NCBI GenBank assembly: GCA_002269645.1
Contig: NIVC01000290.1
Span: 1 to 64,000, forward strand
Direction of reading: 5' to 3'
Length of the DNA: 64,000 nt
From: Macrostomum lignano
Lineage: Eukaryota
Shown: in pieces, positions 1 to 17,898 of the stretch
Numbering within the stretch: the first letter of the stretch is position 1
How the letters are laid out: each line of letters begins with the position of its first letter
Translations under genes and position numbers: made by a program
The notes under the pieces: generated by a model
Seen by the model: the letters and a program-made list of their open reading frames with translations, nothing else
The model's database searches: none
What the model was told of the DNA's origin: nothing

Positions 1-2321
1 GCGACACCGTAGTGCACCTGGACAGGTGAGGGATTTAGAATTAGGAGTTTAGAAGACGAGAGTTTCGGGATTTCGTTACGGAGTTTTGCAGGTGAGAGTG
101 AGGGATTCGGGATCTCATTAGAAAGTTTTGCAGGTGAGGGATCTGGGATTTCATTAGGGAGTTTTGCAGGTGAGGGATCTGGGATCTCATTAGGGAGTTT
201 TGCAGGTGAGGGATCTGGGATTTCATTAGGGAGTTTTGCAGGTGAGGGATCTGGGATCTCATTAGGGAGTTTTGCAGGTGAGGGATCTGGGATTTCATTA
301 GGGAGTTTTGCAAGTGAGGGATCTGGGGTTTCATTAGTGAATTTTGCAGGTGACGGATCTGGGATCTCATTAGGGAGTTTTGCAGGTGAGGGATCTGGGA
401 CTTCATTAGGGAGTTTTGCTGGTGAGGGATCTGGGACTTCATTAGGGAGTTTGGAAAGTGGGGTGCGTGATTTAGGAGTTTCACAGATCAAGAGATTTTG
501 GATTTAGAGTTCAGCCGGTGAGCGATTTGGATTTTGAAAGACCTGTGCACGCTGCCTATGGGGCTGACCCTCATGTTCGAGAAACCCAAGTTCACGTGGC
601 CGGGCCGCAAAATCTAACCCGGGACTTTGGTGCAGGAGTCGGAATTGCTATCGACTAGATCCTATGTTTAACACTGCCAGCCTATGTCTGAATCAAATCT
701 CCCGCAGAGCCATGCAAATCCTGCGTGAGCGGCGCCAGCAGCAGCCGCCACTCCGCCGGTGCCGCCACGCCAGCCGCTGCTCGACAGTCGCCGCCTTGAC
801 GCGCAGATCAAAGCGGTGGTGCACCACCTCATCCCGCTGGTTAAGGCGCACGCGCACGAGACCGCCACTCCGCAGTTCCTCACCTGGCTGCGCGACCTGG
901 CACTGCGCCGGGTTCGCCTCATCATGGCAGCCCAGCAGTCAGCGGCCGCGGCCACGATGGCGCGGTCGGCTGACTCCGACGACGAGTTTGAGCGGCTGTT
1001 CTCTCGGCAGCTTACCAGCCTGGTGACCGACGCGCTGGCCAAGTGAGTCTGTCTGATTTCCCTGATTGGTCCAGAATAGCCTGCTATTCTCTGATTTGTC
1101 TAGAATATCCTGCAGTTCTCTGATTGGTCTAGAATAGCCTGCAGTTCTCTGATTGGTCTAGAATAGCCTGCAGTTCTCCGATTTGTCCAGAATAGCCAGC
1201 TGTTCTCTGATTGGTCCAGAATAGCCTGCAGTTCTCTGATTGTCCAGAATAGCCTGCTGTTCTCTGATTGGTCCAGAATAGCCTGCTGTTCTCTGATTGG
1301 TCCAGAATAGCCTGCTGTTCTCTGATTGGTCCAGACCCAAAACCCATCGGTTCCCCTTTGCCTTTCAGATACCAGGGCCGCCGTCTCACGGACTGCCTGG
1401 AGGACCTGCTGGTGGACCTCAGCGAGACCCTGTTCAACGAACTGGCCTTCCACCGCCTGATCGCCAGTCTGGATGAGGCCAACCGGCAGGGTGTCGATGG
1501 CAGCGGCGTCGACTACGAAGCGGAGGAAACTGGCGATGACGAGGAGGAGGAGGAGGAGGAAGAGGAAGACTATGATGAAGAGGAGGAAGTTGATGAAGAG
1601 GAGGCTGAGGATCAGCAGGACGAGGAGGCTGAAGGCGGCAACGTCGGCGTGGCGGTACAGCTGGCGGCCAGCGAGACACGCGAGATGACACTGATCGGCT
1701 CCGAAGAGGAGGAGGTCGAGGGCGGCTCCGTGGCCGCGGCCGGTGACGACAGCGACGGTGGTGGAGAGGATACGGAAGGGGTGAGGAGGACAAAGACTGG
1801 GCTGGGATAGAGGACAAAGACTGGCCTGGGATGCATCACAATGCACTTAAAATCTCTTGCTCCGCGATATTAGTAACTTGCTGGAAAAATTATCCCGCTA
1901 AGAACTTTGACTGTCAATTACTACTACAAGTAGGCATTGGCGGGTGTTGGCATCAAATAAGTGTCCTAAACTCTCCGATTCGCCGCCAGCTCACCGCGGT
2001 GGCCGCGGTAATCGACGCCGAGGAGAAGGACGCGCAGCGCCTAGCGAGAAGCGGCCTCAGGTCCAGGCTGCTCAGGCAGTCGAGGCTGAGACTGGCGACG
2101 GCGGCAGCGGCAGCGGCGATGGCGGAGAGTCGCCACCAGCTGCCGACTTGCGCTCCGAGATGCTGGAGACGCTGGTCGGGCCCGAGAACGGGGCTGGCCT
2201 AGTTGGCTCGGCCGCGGCCGACGCCGACCAGTACGAGGTGTCCTCGGCTGATGGCAAGAGCAACAACGGCTTCGTCACGGTCACGCTGAAGGACGCCACG
2301 GCTGAGGAGACTGAGTCCTGA
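1..2321 (+). CDS. PCM1: PCM1-like centriolar satellite protein, 3' part. Exons <1-25, 708-1042, 1369-1780, 1990-2321. Two apparent -1 frameshifts (~753, ~2040)
   Basis: Spliced translation DTVVHLDRAMQILRE...LDAQIKAVVHHLIPLVKAH...EFERLFSRQLTSLVTDALAKYQGRRLTDCLEDLLVDLSETLFNELAFHRLIASLD...VAVQLAASETREMTLIGSEEE matches the PCM1 C-terminal region as recalled from human (LDRQIKAIMKEVIPFLKEH...EFVKFFHKQLGSILQDSLAKFAGRKLKDCGEDLLVEISEVLFNELAFFKL...VSINLSKAETQALTNYGSGEDE). GT-AG sites at 26/707, 1043/1368, 1781/1989. The last exon's frame is less certain. Confidence 0.85.
78..480. repeat. 36-bp minisatellite (gggagttttgcaggtgagggatctgggatctcatta)n in PCM1 intron
   Basis: About 11 near-identical units read directly; each contains ttttgcag|gtgagg. 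Confidence 0.95.
1053..1335. repeat. ~30-bp minisatellite (ctgattggtccagaatagcctgcagttct)n in PCM1 intron
   Basis: Starts about 10 nt after the donor at 1043. Confidence 0.95.
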
Positions 2322-2404
2322 TTGGCTGCGCCCTGGCTTTGTTCTGATTGGCTGGCTTTTGACTTGACTACATTCTAAATTGTGTGATTCTGGTTGGCTA
2401 GACT

Positions 2405-2685
2405 TGATTTTGATTGGCTAGGCTTGATTCTGATTGGCTAGGCTTGATTCTGATTGGCTAGGCTTGATTCTGATTGGCTAGGCTTGATTCTGATTGACCA
2501 GGCTTGATTTTGATTGGCTAGGCTTGATTCTGATTGGCTAGGCTTGATTCTGATTGGCTAGGCTTGATTCTGATTGGCTAGGCTTGATTCTGATTGACCA
2601 GGCTTGATTCTGATTGGCTAGGCTTGATTCTGATTGGCTAGGCTTGATTCCGATTGGCTAGGCTTGATTCTGATTGGCTAGGCTT
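2405..2685. repeat. 20-bp minisatellite (tgattggctaggcttgattc)n downstream of the PCM1 stop
   Basis: Degenerate copies begin at the stop codon itself (TGAttggct, 2319). Confidence 0.95.
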
Positions 2686-3689
2686 TAGAATATAATTCTT
2701 AAGATAGAATCAACTCATTTTAGTATAGTGAATAAATGAATCGGCAGGTTTGAAATGATTTTGATTGGTTTATTGCTGAGTCTCTATTCTGATTGGCTGA
2801 CGCGGTGTTTAGATATTTAATATAGTCTTTTCTATTTTAACCGCTAATTACCTAGTGCTGTGCCAGCTCCCGTGACCCTGAGCCCGCTTTCCAACAATCT
2901 GTTTTATTCCTTAATTCCGTGACTGACTTTGTCCACCCGTTCTAATTTGGCAAACTGTTTCGCTCTTCAGTTCATTTAGTTAATGATTGTTTAGTTTGCT
3001 TCTACAGCCTTTGCTGTCTTTTGTGTTTTTTTGCTATCCGTTTTTCTCACTACTGGCTCGCACTGGTCTTTTTCTACTAGCAGCAGTGTGTTGCGACTGC
3101 CGCTGCATATCAACGTAGCACCTAGATGCGCAGGCCGTTGAACTAATATATTTAATCGCCTCGTATCCATATTTACTAATCATCACTGCTCCCTATTTTG
3201 ATGGAGCAAATTTATCCAGTGCACATTGTTGCACCTCGTTTTTTTGTAATTAAAAAACTGTAAATTTTACTCCGTCCGATGGCCCTGGATTGTCTGTCAC
3301 CTGCTCGACCACCTGATTTTTTCAATGTCTTTTTTATGTATTCGAGCATTCCTTTGCGGTTCTCGAGTTTGTGACTACATAATAAATCACATGCCCTGCT
3401 AGTTAAACCCTGATCCGTGCCTTTTGTTCTCTAAATATTTTTTATTTATTAAGTTTGTTAATTTTTTATTACTCTCATTTTTCAGTTTGCAGTCGGCGTA
3501 ACCCCCGTTTAGCTGTGCTGCACCTCTCCCTCTTTTGTACTGTCTGCAATTCAACTTGTATACATTATTATAAATGCATGACGTACTTTCCTTCACTAAA
3601 TGTAGCTGTGATGCCTTTCCGTGATGAAACTTAAATTAAAAATTCCACAGCAGCCTTAGTGGCAGAGAGAAACGCCTTAATTATCATGA

Positions 3690-4318
3690 ACCCTACCCCT
3701 ATTACATACGGCCCAACAAAACCCTACCCCTAATGTACACACGGCCCAACAAAACCCTACCCCTAGTGTACACACGGCCCAACAAAACCCCTACCCCTAG
3801 TGTACACACGGCCCAACAAAACTTCTACCCCCTATTACATACGGCCCAACAAAACCCCTACCCCCTAATGTACACACGGCCCAACAAAACCCCTACCCCT
3901 AGTGTACACACGGCCCAACAAAACCCCTACCCCCTAGTGTACACACGGCCCAACAAAACCCCTACCTCCTAGTGTACACACGGCCCAACAAAACCCCTAC
4001 CCCCTATTACATACGGCCCAACAAAACTCCTAAACCCCAACCCCCTAGTGTACACACGGCCCAACAAAACCCCTACCCCCTAGTGTACACACGGCCCAAC
4101 AAAACCCCTACCCCTAGTGTACACACGGCCCAACAAAACCCCTACCTCCTAGTGTACACACGGCCCAACAAAACCCCTACCCCCTATTACATACGGCCCA
4201 ACAAAACTCCTAAACCCCAACCCCCTAGTGTACACACGGCTCAACAAAACTCCTACCCCCTAGTGTACACACGGCCCAACAAAACCCCTACCCCCTAGTG
4301 TACACACGGCCCCACAAA
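3690..4318. repeat. 33-34-bp minisatellite (gtgtacacacggcccaacaaaacccctacccta)n
   Basis: Direct inspection. Confidence 0.95.
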
Positions 4319-4725
4319 AACCTCATTGCAATGTACATGTAAAAAAGTTTCTAAGCGCAGTCACATCAAATGAGTTTCTTCGAAAGCAGCGTGCTTATAT
4401 CTGAAAGATTATTCAATGCTGAAATGCTAACTGGTCCTTCTGCTTCACTATACTCACCCTTATTCAATAGCACTCTCCGCCACTGTGCCCTACAATTAAA
4501 ATTCCAAGTGCACTTGCACTGCTGAACCGCTGACATTTCTGTAAGTTTTTAGTTAGCTTAGCATTTTGTTAAATGCACCGTCTTAATTGTCTCCCTCAAT
4601 GCGTCAAGCTGGCTAAAACAAAAATAAATACGCCTTTCTCGTGTTTGATTTTATCCGACTCGGACTTTCTGATTTCTGAACAATTTTGGGGTCCATTTTC
4701 TGCTAAGGCCTGTAGATCCTCAGGC

Positions 4726-4955
4726 TGGGCCACTACTCTCCTAGCTTCTCAGTTGCTGGGCCACTGCTCTCCCTGATCCTCAGTTGCTGGGCCACTGCTC
4801 TCCCAGATCCTCAGTTGCTGGGCCACTGCTCTCCCAGATCCTCAGTTGCTGGGCCACCCTTCCAAATCCTCAGTTGCTGGGCCACTGCTCTTCCAAATCC
4901 TCAGTTGCTGGGCCACTGCTCTTCCAAATCCTCAGTTGCTGGGCCACTGCCTTCC
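4726..4955. repeat. ~31-bp minisatellite (atcctcagttgctgggccactgctctcccag)n just upstream of the Smad4 ATG
   Basis: Direct inspection. Confidence 0.9.
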
Positions 4956-4984
4956 CAGCTCCTCGGCTCTGTAAGCTCATACAA

Positions 4985-5437
4985 ATGGTTCGAAAGACAT
5001 CCTTCAGACCTCTGAAGGCAGCCGAAATGCCCGCCTTCCCTCAACTGCAGATTCCCAGTCAGCAGCAGCAGCAGCCACTGCTGTCCCTGGCCCCAGCTGC
5101 CAGCGCCGCGACCTCTCCAGTCTCCGCCGTTGGCGTCGCGTCGCCGGTGACGTCATCGGATGCCTGCCTGTCCATCGTGCACTCGCTGATGTGCCACCGG
5201 CAGGGCGGCCCGGATTCCGAGAGCTTCAGTCGGAAGGCGGTCGAGTCGCTGGTGAAGAAGCTCAAGGACAAGCGCGACGAGCTGGACGCGCTGATCCTGG
5301 CGGTGACCAGCAACGGCGCCCAGCCCGGCATCTGCGTCACCATCCCCAGGACTCTAGACGGCCGGCTGCAGGTCTGTCTGTCTGTCTGTCTGCCTGTCTG
5401 TCTGTCTGTCTGTTGTCTGTCTGTCTGTCTGTCTGCC

Positions 5438-5469
<32 letters not shown>

Positions 5470-8440
5470 CGACTGTCTGTCCATCCCTCAATCGCCACCC
5501 CTCTCCCCCCAGGTGGCTGGCCGCAAAGGCTTTCCTCACGTGGTGTACGCGCGCATCTGGCGCTGGCCGGACCTGCACAAGAACGAGCTGCGGCACACCC
5601 GCCAGTGCCAGTTCGCCTTCGACCTGAAGCAGGACGCGGTCTGCGTGAACCCGCACCACTACGAGCGCATCGCCTGCACCGGCCTGGAGCTGTCGTCGCT
5701 CAGCCTGGACGAGGACTCCGGGCCCACGGACGATCACGGCGGCATCGAGGGAATTTCACCGCCGCTGCCGCCGCTGTTGATGCCGCAGCAACAGTCGGCC
5801 GGGGCAGCCGCGGTGGCGAAGCAGACGGCGCTGCCGCCGATACCGCAGCAGCAGCTGCTGTTCTGGTGCAGCATCTCCTACTATGAGCAGACGGAGCGGG
5901 TATGACCATTGTTTACTTTAAATTGGGAATAGATCTGAAAGTAGAAAGCCCTCAACATTTCGGAACTACCCTCCCTCTTGTGTACACACCCCATGGGAAA
6001 TCCCCTCCCCTTGTGTACACACCCTATGGGAAATACCTCCCTCTTGTGTACACACCCCATGGGAAATACCTCCCTCTTGTGTACACACACCATGGGAAAT
6101 CCCCTCCCCCTTGTATTCACACCCCATGGGAATCCCCACCCCCCTGTGTACACACACCCGATGGAAAATCCCCTCCCCTGTGTACACACACCCCATGGTA
6201 AATCCCTCCCTCTTGTGTACACACCCCATGGGAAATCCCCTCCCCTTGTGTACACACCCCATGGGAAATCCCCTCCCCCTTGTGTACACACACCCGATGG
6301 GAAATCCCCTCCCCTTGTGTACACACCCCATGGGAAATCCCCTCCCTTGTGTACACACACCATGGGAAATCCCCTCCCCTTGTGTACACACCCCATGGGA
6401 AATCCCCTCCCCTTGTGTACACACACCATGGTAAATCCTCCCTCTTGTGTACACACCCCATGGTAAATCCCTCCCTCTTGTGTACACACCCCATGGGAAA
6501 TCCCCTCCCTTGTGTACACACCCCATGGGAAATCCCCTCCCTTGTGTACACACACCATGGGAAATCCCCTCCCTTGTGTACACACACCATGGGAAATCCC
6601 CTCCCCTTGTGTACACACACACCATGGGAAATCCCCTCCCTTGTGTACACACACCATGGGAAATCCCCTCCCCTTGTGTACACACACCATGGGAAATCCC
6701 CTCCCCTTGTGTACACACACCCCATGGGAAATCCCCTCCCCTGTGTACACACACCCCATGGTAAATCCCTCCCTCTTGTGTACACACCCCATGGGAAATC
6801 CCCTTTTGTGTACACACACCCCATGGGAAATCCCCACCCTCCTGTGTACACACACCCCATGGGAAATCCCCATCTTTACATAGCACGCAGATTTCATCGA
6901 ACGTTCTCAAATTGTCGGCGAATCACGCCCTTCAGATCGGCGACACATTCAAGGCGCCCTACCAGCAGGCCACGGTCACCATTGACGGCTACACGGACCC
7001 GTCCTCCAGCCACCGGTTCTGCCTCGGCCAGCTCAGCAACGTGCACCGCAGCGACGTGGCCGAGCGCGCCCGGCTGCACATCGGCAAAGGCGTCCAACTG
7101 AGCCTGGTTGGCGACGGAGACGTCTGGCTGCGGGTCCTCTCCGACCACGCCGTGTTCGTCAGCACCGCCTTCCTGGACCGGGAGGCCGGGCGGGCGTCTG
7201 GCGATCTGGTGCACAAGATTTATCCTGGGACTTACATTAAGGTTGGCGCTGGTTGACCAATAAATAAGAGTTGCGAACTGAATAAGTACATTTACTCGTA
7301 TTAAGTTATTTAGTGCATTGGACTGTGTGGTTTTGGTGCAGGTGTACTGCATTGTATTAGTGCATGTGCACTGTATGGTATTGGTGCATGTGCACTGTAT
7401 GGTATTGGTGCATCTGTACTGTGTGGTATTTGTGCATCTGTACTGTGTGGTTTTGGTGCATGTGTACTGTGTGGTATTTGTGCATCTGTACTGTGTGGTT
7501 TTGGTGCATGTGTATTGTGTGGTATTGGTGCATGTGTACTGTGTGGTTTTGGTACATCTGTACTGCATTGTATTAGTGCATGTGCACTGTATGGTATTGG
7601 TGCATGTGTACTGTGTGGTTTTGGTGCATCTGTACTGTGAGGTTTTGGTGCATCTGTACTGCATTGTATTAGTGCATGTGCACTGTGTGGTTTTCGTGCA
7701 TCTGTACTGTGTGGTATTGGTGCATGTGTACTGTGTGGTTTTCGTGCATGTGTACTGTGTGGTATTGGTGCATGTGTACTGTGTGGTTTTCGTGCATGTG
7801 TACTGTGTGGTATTGGTGCATGTGTACTGTGTGGTTTTCGTGCATGTGTACTGTGTGGTATTGGTGCATGTGTACTGTGTGGTTTTCGTGCATGTGTACT
7901 GTGTGGTATTGGTGCATGTGTACTGTGTGGTTTTCGTGCATGTGTACTGTGTGGTATTGGTGCATCTGTACCGTGTGATATTAGTGCATGTGTACTGTGT
8001 GGTTTTTGTGCATGTATACGGCTCTTCTACTATTAGTAGTGCCTAAAAATTTATTCAGCAAGTTGATGCTCGAACGCGCAGTTTACGCACGCCCACCTGT
8101 GGTCCCGACACCCCGTCAGGTTTTCGACATCCGCCAGTGCTACTCGGAGATGCGCACCCAGGCTCTCCAGGCCCATCGCGCCTCCCTGGCCACCGCCGCG
8201 GCAACCAGCACATCTTCGTCCTTCACTTCGCTGCCGGCCGGGCCGCGTCTCCAGGGCGCCGCTGTTGACGAGCTTCGCCGGCGGCTGTGCCAGCTGCGTC
8301 TGAGCTTCGTGAAGGGCTGGGGGCCCGACTACCCGCGCAAGACTATCCGGGAGGCGCCCTGCTGGATTGAAGTGCAGCTGCACCTGCCGCTCAAGCTGCT
8401 GGATGACCTGCTGCAGAGTCTGCCCGTCAGCGACTCCTGA
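4985..8440 (+). CDS. SMAD4: Smad4/Medea co-Smad. Exons 4985-5371, 5513-5899, 6936-7241, 8120-8440 (466 aa)
   Basis: MH1: [18 protein letters not shown]...RTLDGRLQ|[29 protein letters not shown]-like ELSSLSL. MH2: FWCSISYYE...DGYTDPS...[12 protein letters not shown]...[13 protein letters not shown]...DREAGR...[12 protein letters not shown]. All junctions are GT-AG and phase 0; the total length is divisible by 3. The start codon is inferred. Confidence 0.97.
5372..5480. repeat. (GTCT)n microsatellite forming the 5' part of Smad4 intron 1
   Basis: The first GT of the microsatellite is the splice donor. Confidence 0.95.
5968..6872. repeat. ~33-bp minisatellite (gtgtacacaccccatgggaaatcccctcccctt)n in Smad4 intron 2
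   Basis: Direct inspection. Confidence 0.95.
7320..8015. repeat. 24-bp minisatellite (gtgcatgtgtactgtgtggtattg)n in Smad4 intron 3, partly with a 48-bp higher-order period
   Basis: Alternating gtattg/ttttcg variants at 7680-7950. Confidence 0.95.
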
Positions 8441-8724
8441 TGGGTCAGCTGACTCTCACATTGTCAGGCTGGTGGGTTAGCTGACTCTCACATTGTCAGG
8501 CTGGTGGGTCAGCTGACTCTCGCATTGTCAGGCTGGTGGGTCAGCTGACTCTCACATTGTCAGGCTGGTGGGTCAGCTGACTCTCACATTGTCAGGCTGG
8601 TGGGTCAGCTGACTCTCGCATTGTCAGGCTGGTGGGTCAGCTGACTCTCGCATTGTCAGGCTGGTGGGTCAGCTGACTCTCACATTGTCAGGCTGGTGGG
8701 TCAGCTGACTCTCGCATTGTCAGG
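8441..8724. repeat. 32-bp minisatellite (gggtcagctgactctcacattgtcaggctggt)n immediately after the Smad4 stop
   Basis: Begins 1-2 nt after the TGA at 8438-8440. The unit resembles the last codons (gtcagcgactcctga). Confidence 0.95.
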
Positions 8725-9469
8725 GCTGAAGCTTGCATCAAGCGAGTATTACGTCTTCATTCTCTCCTTATTGTACAGTTGTTTTTGTGTATATAAACGC
8801 CAGCTGTACTACTCAGTCAGTAGTTGCTTGTCATATGTGGTAGCAATTTTTAGCAACACAACTTGTACAGCCTGTCTGCAGTCAGTCAACTGTCATCTAT
8901 GCCGCTTTTATCGACAAGATTTTTCTCATTTCTTAGCCGTTCTCAGGAGATGCTCTGTGTGCAATTTTTGTCCGCCTGTTGGTGTAGTTTGCTGACTCGT
9001 ATATTAGTAAATATAATTAGTACATATTATTTATGCATAAAATGCTATATTTAACCGTCTGTGTCCTGTTCTATCTAAAAATAAATATTGCTGCTGACTG
9101 TGCAGGAGTCCACAGAGATCGAAATTTAGAAGTCAAAAAATACTCTGCTTAATGCAGGATCTTCAGTGCAGAAAATTATTATTAATCTTATTGAGTCGAT
9201 AAGGTCACGATTGCCAAGTAATCGCTTTCCAGCCATCGCAATATCAGGGTGTGCCAGCGAACATGTGTGCGTGCTTTACGGGTGCAAGATTTTAGCAATA
9301 CTTTTGTGCTACTACATGTAGTTACAGTAGTGGTACATGTAAATCTGGAAATATCGTGTGCGAGTGTCAGGCATTGCAACTGAATAATACATTCTATTCT
9401 GGGCATTGGGAGTTTGTAAGCGTTGTTTCTTTGAATTGTATTGTGCAGTGTGGTGGCAATCCTGTCCGA

Positions 9470-10265
9470 CTGTCAGATCCCGGATCCCGCTCCCAGACTC
9501 TCAGATCCCGGATCCCGCTCCCAGACTGTCAGATTCTGGATCCCGCTCCCAGACTGTCAGATCCTGGATCCCGCTCCCAGAATATCAGATCCTGGATCCC
9601 GCTCCCAGACTGTCAGATCCCGGATCCCGCTCCCAGACTGTCAGATTCTGGATCCCGCTCCCAGACTGTCAGATCCTGGATCCCGCTCCCAGACTGTCAG
9701 ATCCTGGATCCCGCTCCCAGACTGTCAGATCCTGGATCCCGCTCCCAGACTGTCAGATCCTGGATCCCGCTCCCAGACTGTCAGATCCTGGATCCCGCTC
9801 CCAGACTGTCAGATCCTGGATCCCGCTCCCAGACTGTCAGATCCTGGATCCCGCTCCCAGACTGTCAGATCCCGGATCCCGCTCCCAGACTCTCAGATCC
9901 CGGATCCCGCTCCCAGACTGTCAGATTCTGGATCCCGCTCCCAGACTGTCAGATCCTGGATCCCGCTCCCAGACTGTCAGATCCTGGATCCCGCTCCCAG
10001 ACTCTCAGATCCCGGATCCCGCTCCCAGACTGTCAGATCCTGGATCCCGCTCCCAGACTGTCAGATCCTGGATCCCGCTCCCAGACTGTCAGATCGTGGA
10101 TCCCGCTCCCAGACTCTCAGATCCCGGATGCCGCTCCCAGACTGTCAGATTCCAATTCCAGATCCTATGCTGTCAGATCACAAATCCCGCTTCTAGACTC
10201 AGATCCCAAATCCCGCTCCCAGACTGTCAGATCCCAAATCCCGCTCCCGGACTGTCAGATCCCGA
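9470..10265. repeat. 28-bp minisatellite (actgtcagatcctggatcccgctcccag)n just downstream of DEG/ENaC-1
   Basis: Direct inspection. Confidence 0.95.
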
Positions 10266-10292
10266 ATTTCTTTCCGATCCCGGATCTCCCAC

Positions 10293-16769
<6,477 letters not shown>

Positions 16770-17898
16770 TATGAGGCTGAGAAGATGAGGCTTGGCTACT
16801 GCAGTATGTCAGGTGGCAGACAGAGCTTTTCTACTCACTTCGTCTCAACCGCCGCCTGTTCCTGCAAACTTTGCAATTTGTAGGTTTTTGGCACCCGTTG
16901 CCATTGGCAACGCTGATTGATTGACCAAAGGTTGCAAGGCTGGCATGTATGATTCCAGGCAGTTGTTTATTTGCCTTATTAGACTATAGGTAGGTAGCAA
17001 AAGTTTCATGGACAGGATAGATGAAGCTGTCCGGGAAAAGGGCAGAATTGCATTGTTCCCGAAGCGCATTGTCCGGAGCGTTGCAACTTCCAGGTGCTTT
17101 AGCGTGCCCGTGTGGGCTTTATAGTTGCTTGCCGTACTAATTAAGTTACCGATTCGCGTGTTTGGCCATTGCCTCAGTGACCACTTGAGCACCTGTACTG
17201 AGACAGGCAGCTTGATTCTCCTAGCACAACATCAATCCGTGTAACCCAGGGAGCAGGCAATGTCACCTGAACTGTTTATTCCAGTATCTGCTACAAACAC
17301 ATCCAGATGCTGCATATACTACTGCTGCACAAAATTCGCTGGAACTTCATCCAGCTTGCCAATTGTGCGAAGAGATGGCAATTTTGAATGCGACCTGAAA
17401 TACTTTGGGATATTGGGAATACACGAGTGACTGCACTGAGAGCACAGTTTTATTGCCCAACTGCCAATACAGCTGAGTGCGTCAATTTATTAACAATTGC
17501 ACTGAACTGCACGTTGCCATGGAGACGCTGCTGTCAAGCCGGAGGGCTTTGAGTTCACAATAAAGCGCTTCCAACCCCCGCAGCTGCGCACTTCCGGGGC
17601 AGTGAGGTGACGGACTGCGCCGGCGCGCGCTGCCTCAATTAGTGCGATAAGGGCGGCACGGATCCACCTTGGCGTCAGGCATCCGTTGCACTTTACCCAT
17701 CTGGAAAGTTTTTCTAGCAGTAGGTAGAGACAAAATATTTCTATCCTTAATTTCGCGCAGCCAATCGGTTGTAGCTAATGGCGGAATTACCATGGCAACC
17801 GCACACTAACCATTGAGAACTCCAGTAGATTAGAGATCTTCCTAGCCGGCAGAGGTGCAGTCCGTCAGATAGTTTATTTTCATTCACGGCTTGAAGCA

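Noticed and set aside
726-728. In-frame TGA upstream of the PCM1 domain ORF, read as selenocysteine or readthrough
   Set aside because: The homologous peptide (HLDRAMQILRE) is in the other frame; a single frame switch at ~753 explains it.
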